Shown here: positions 60,736-64,000 of the stretch, in pieces
Numbering within the stretch: position 1 is the stretch's first letter
Layout of the letters: every line of letters begins with the position of its first letter
Source: a virus
DNA: 64,000 bases
IMG/VR virus record: IMGVR_UViG_3300023179_000038
Coordinates: 46,678 to 110,677 of that record
Strand: one strand, 5' to 3'
Made by a program: the position numbers and the translations under genes
The notes under the pieces: generated by a model
The model's input: only the letters and a program-made list of their open reading frames with translations
Databases searched by the model: none
What the model was told of the DNA's origin: nothing

Positions 60736-60927
60736 ATGATGACTAGAAAAGACTATATAAAAACCGCAAATATCTTAAAAGGATTTGTTGATGAAATTCC
60801 ACAAACCACTTATGAGGATTTAGTAAATGAATTTGCTGAGTGGTTCAAATCTGATAATGATAATTTTGATTTTGCAAGATTTGAAAAGGCTTGCGGAATT
60901 GATGAGATTGGTTTAATTCCAGTTTAA
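60736..60927 (+). CDS. Hypothetical early protein
   Basis: MTRKDY..A....DN.NFD.ARF.KAC motif. Confidence 0.65.
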   Translation: MMTRKDYIKTANILKGFVDEIPQTTYEDLVNEFAEWFKSDNDNFDFARFEKACGIDEIGLIPV

Positions 60928-60973
60928 TAAATAAAATCCCCTCTAGAACAAATGTTCGGAGGGGGCCGAGGGG

Positions 60974-60994
60974 TTTTCCACAGGTTTATCCACA
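60974..60994 (+). promoter_or_regulatory. Tandem DnaA boxes
   Basis: TTTTCCACA-ggt-TTATCCACA. Confidence 0.65.
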
Positions 60995-61047
60995 GGCCTT
61001 TACGTGTGATTAAAAACACACCCTGAATTCCCCAGATTTTTTGATTT

Positions 61048-61069
61048 TGTCAGCCTAATCTGATAGGAT
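61048..61069 (+). promoter_or_regulatory. PafBC/RecA-NDp-type promoter
   Basis: TGTCAG-N10-TAGGAT. Confidence 0.7.
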
Positions 61070-61094
61070 AAAGATATAACGAAAGGAAAACTAA

Positions 61095-61280
61095 ATGAGT
61101 AAAATAAAAAATGCTATTGAGCAGATAGTTAATTGTGATTATTGCTATGGCGTAGGTTGGGAATACTACGGAAATAATGAGGATTGGAATATAGACCCTT
61201 GCGAGTGTAATTTGTATTGTATTCCTTCTGATGAGATAATGGAATACCACCAATTATTTAGAACAAAGGAGAACGCATAA
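61095..61280 (+). CDS. Small Cys-rich early protein
   Basis: CDYC.G.G...CECN. Confidence 0.6.
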   Translation: MSKIKNAIEQIVNCDYCYGVGWEYYGNNEDWNIDPCECNLYCIPSDEIMEYHQLFRTKENA

Positions 61281-61489
61281 TGGAATATAACTATTCACTT
61301 ACTACTTCGTATGACGGAGAGTTAATTCATACCCTGCGAGTTAGCGATATGCTAGAAGCAGTAGACGCATGGAATAAATGTGTAGACTATGGAACAGCCA
61401 AAGAATACGCAACCTATAACTTGTCAGACCCTATGGGCAAAATGTACACTAAAACCTTCTACACTAACGGAGAAGTAAGTGTTAGATAA
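61280..61489 (+). CDS. Hypothetical early protein
   Basis: Coupled ORF with GGAG RBS. Confidence 0.6.
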   Translation: MEYNYSLTTSYDGELIHTLRVSDMLEAVDAWNKCVDYGTAKEYATYNLSDPMGKMYTKTFYTNGEVSVR

Positions 61490-61588
61490 TTTAATTGATA
61501 TGGTGGTAGATATGCGGTCTGCCACCCTTGATCAAAATAAGATAATCGCATATAATCAGATATTAGAAATAATTGAGGAGAAACTATA

Positions 61589-61885
61589 ATGGGAAGTGTA
61601 ACAGCAATAGGTCTAGCGGATACAACGCTAGACTTAGAAACACAATTACTTTATCACTTACAGGGTAATCACTATCCACCAGTTCCTAAAGAAATGGTTC
61701 AACCTTGTATTGAAGCAATTGACGCATACTATGACGAGGATTACTCACGCATGATAGATATGCCAATGGTTGGTAATTATCAAATTACTTACAAAGGCAA
61801 TAAGCAAGCACCAGCAAGCGCAATAGTAAGCCAGCACCACTTAGAGTGGTTTATTAATCCAGCAGATGAGGACTTGTATGAGTAA
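61589..61885 (+). CDS. Hypothetical early protein
   Basis: HLQGNHYPPVP...HHLEWF; GAGGAG RBS. Confidence 0.65.
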   Translation: MGSVTAIGLADTTLDLETQLLYHLQGNHYPPVPKEMVQPCIEAIDAYYDEDYSRMIDMPMVGNYQITYKGNKQAPASAIVSQHHLEWFINPADEDLYE

Positions 61886-61956
61886 AGAATTGCAAGATAA
61901 ATTAGATAAGGCTTCAAAATTATTGGAGCCTATCTTGTGGGAAACATTGGCAGAAA

Positions 61957-62208
61957 TTGAGGAACAAAATGATTGATCTAGAAAATGATGATACTATTCA
62001 GATTGTGGACTATGTAAAGGTTGACTTATTAACTTCAGGGCAATTAGAAATTGACGATTGCATTCTAATTGGTGATGAAGTTGTGTCTATTGTAGATATA
62101 GTTTCACTACCTGATGGATACACTTTAAAAGTTGTAAATGATTTTGGTGAAAGAGATATCATTGAAGTTGGTGAATACGACCAATTTGATTTAATGATGT
62201 TGCAATAA
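61957..62208 (+). CDS. Hypothetical acidic early protein
   Basis: ORF; probable start MIDLE. Confidence 0.55.
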   Translation: MRNKMIDLENDDTIQIVDYVKVDLLTSGQLEIDDCILIGDEVVSIVDIVSLPDGYTLKVVNDFGERDIIEVGEYDQFDLMMLQ

Positions 62209-62294
62209 AGCGGGGCCCGAGGCGATGTCCGTTTTGTCCTATTTAAGCAATTACGTGCACTTGTATTTTTGTCCTGAAAACGTTATAATTAATT

Positions 62295-63017
62295 ATGACC
62301 CAATTAAAGAGATCTTATGACAGAAAAGTGGCTAACCTTGTATCAAAAAACGGAAAGCAAGCAGCAATTGCAAACACGTTCGGTTTACCCGCTGGAAAGA
62401 ATTATTCATGCCCTGGTGCCACTATGGTTTGTGAGAATGTTTGTTATGCAGGAAAACTCGAAAAACTCTTCAAAGGAGTAAAGACTAATCTCCTGCACAA
62501 TTGGGAGTTGTTAAAAGACGCAGATCAAGAAACTATGGAAAAGTTATTGGGTGCAATGATTGATGATTTTAGAACAGATTGTGAGAAGAAAGACGCAGTT
62601 ATGCTATTTCGTATTCACTGGGATGGTGATTTTTTTAATGATACTTATACCAACGCATGGCGCAATGTAATTAGAAATAATTTTGATATAAAATTTTGGG
62701 TATACACTAGAGTACACTCTGCAGCGCTAATGCTCAAAGGTATACCTAATCTATCTTTATACTATTCAACAGATAGCGAAAATAAAGAGATAGGTGTTAG
62801 TCTTAAAAAAGATCATGGTGTTAGACTTGCATACCTTGCTAAAAATTTTGCAATAGGCCAAGCAGATATGAAAGAATTATTTAATCGTCCTGGCGCTAAG
62901 TGTCCTGAGAACTTAAAGTCAATTCCCCTTATCTCAAATGCTGGAAGCGCTTGCGTATCTTGCGGATTGTGTGTATACTCTAAGAGTGATATCGTATTCT
63001 CATCATCTAAAAAATAG
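62295..63017 (+). CDS. GP88-like (radical-SAM-related) phage protein
   Basis: FGLPAG..SCPGAT..C...CYA, FRIHWDGDF, FWVYTR, C-terminal CP..C..C.LC. Confidence 0.7.
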   Translation: MTQLKRSYDRKVANLVSKNGKQAAIANTFGLPAGKNYSCPGATMVCENVCYAGKLEKLFKGVKTNLLHNWELLKDADQETMEKLLGAMIDDFRTDCEKKDAVMLFRIHWDGDFFNDTYTNAWRNVIRNNFDIKFWVYTRVHSAALMLKGIPNLSLYYSTDSENKEIGVSLKKDHGVRLAYLAKNFAIGQADMKELFNRPGAKCPENLKSIPLISNAGSACVSCGLCVYSKSDIVFSSSKK

Positions 63018-63114
63018 GAGAAAAAAGTGGATTGGAAATTCTACCTATTTTGCTGGATAATCTTATTTCTTATTTATCAGTAAAATGTCCGTTATGTCCG
63101 TTTCGATATGGTGG

Positions 63115-63130
63115 TGTGAGATACATCACA
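63115..63130. promoter_or_regulatory. CRP-family-like site (perfect)
   Basis: TGTGA-GATACA-TCACA. Confidence 0.7.
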
Positions 63131-63239
63131 GATACCATATCTCAAAATATGAGATTATTAGAAAAATAACTTGTATTTTTAGCCAAAAAATGTTAGACTT
63201 AAACAGTAAGTAAAACCAACAAGAAAGAAGGAAAACCAA

Positions 63240-63406
63240 ATGGCAGTATCAACAGCAACCTACAAAGTAGGCGACACTTATACTTCTCAGAAGTCTAAGA
63301 TTACAGGCACAATTCAAGAAATCAAGCCAAACACAGACGGAACTTCCGTTCGTGTAAAACTTGATGTTAATGGTCAAACACGCTGGACAACTTGGACAGC
63401 AAAGTA
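63240..63406 (+). CDS. About 54-aa small protein (not in ORF track)
   Basis: MAVSTATYKVGDTYTSQKSKITGTIQEI...RWTTWTAK; upstream TTGTAT-N17-TAGACT promoter and AAGGA RBS. Confidence 0.65.
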
Positions 63407-63519
63407 ATTCCTAATACAGGAAAAGACCTGAGCATGTCTGCTAAAACTGCTCAACTTGAAATTATCATAGCAAAATGCTAGGATAGAAACCCCTAACAAA
63501 GAAAAGGAAAACGACCCAA

Positions 63520-63945
63520 ATGGCAACAAGAGGAAAAGCAATAAATGTAAAAATTGCTACATCTAAGGTTATTACAGCCTTAGAAAATAGATTAGCAGAA
63601 CTAGAGGCTAACTACAAAAAGCAAGATGAAAACGAAGCAAATTATCAAAAAGCACTAGAGGCTTGGAAAAAAGATTTATTTGCTTATGCTATCGCTAACA
63701 TCTCTAAGGCAGAAAATGTTAGAACCAACTATCGCAACTGGACAAAATCTCTAAATATAGATTTTGACTTAACAGCATCAGAAAATGAGTTCCCTGCTGA
63801 ACCAACTAGGGACTTTCAACAACTTCATCAACACTCTTACAATGAGCAAAAAGAGGAAATGGAAAACGCTATTCGTATCCTTAAAATGACGGACGAGGAA
63901 ACAGTTAGCACATCTACATACAACGCTATCGCAAGATACTTGTAA
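63520..63945 (+). CDS. Hypothetical coiled-coil protein
   Basis: ORF with AAGGA RBS. Confidence 0.65.
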   Translation: MATRGKAINVKIATSKVITALENRLAELEANYKKQDENEANYQKALEAWKKDLFAYAIANISKAENVRTNYRNWTKSLNIDFDLTASENEFPAEPTRDFQQLHQHSYNEQKEEMENAIRILKMTDEETVSTSTYNAIARYL

Positions 63946-64000
63946 TTAGATGGGGGAAGGGTATTTGACTTCCCCCCTAAAAAATGTTAGACTTAATACA

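Noticed and set aside
61422-61443. Sixth PafBC-type promoter (TGTCAG-N10-CAAAAT)
   Set aside because: Lies inside a CDS and the -10 lacks the first T; not counted
58480-63160. Repeated early-region motifs as a CRISPR array
   Set aside because: Motifs are short, degenerate and irregularly spaced; no constant repeat-spacer period and no cas genes
1-64000. tRNA genes, terminase, integrase, alternative genetic code
   Set aside because: None recognisable by eye; long genes are intact under the standard code

Overview
This is a 64-kb segment of a large, AT-rich siphovirus-type phage genome. Gene order, protein motifs and promoter architecture point to an actinobacterial host, possibly a low-GC freshwater lineage (inference). 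The minus strand (1-55.3 kb) carries a halogenase-like gene, primase, DnaB, the tail and head modules (2574-aa tape measure, major tail, HK97-type capsid, protease/scaffold, portal) and many tail-fibre-like genes. It also carries a B12 module (class II RNR + DUF4430/SCO2322-like protein + PduO) and two 'repeat-rich protein plus tailoring enzyme' cassettes. No terminase is recognisable in the window. From about 57.8 kb is an early-type region of tiny ORFs. Five of its promoters match the actinobacterial PafBC (RecA-NDp) motif TGTC[A/T]G-N10-TAnnnT. Its intergenic blocks hold CRP-like TGTGA-N6-TCACA palindromes, DnaA boxes, a LexA-like box, WhiA-like GACAC sites and an unassigned 9-bp-period TGTCCG repeat. 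The tail chaperones appear as a duplicated gene pair instead of a frameshift, and many genes look leaderless. All calls come from reading motifs by eye; no searches were run.
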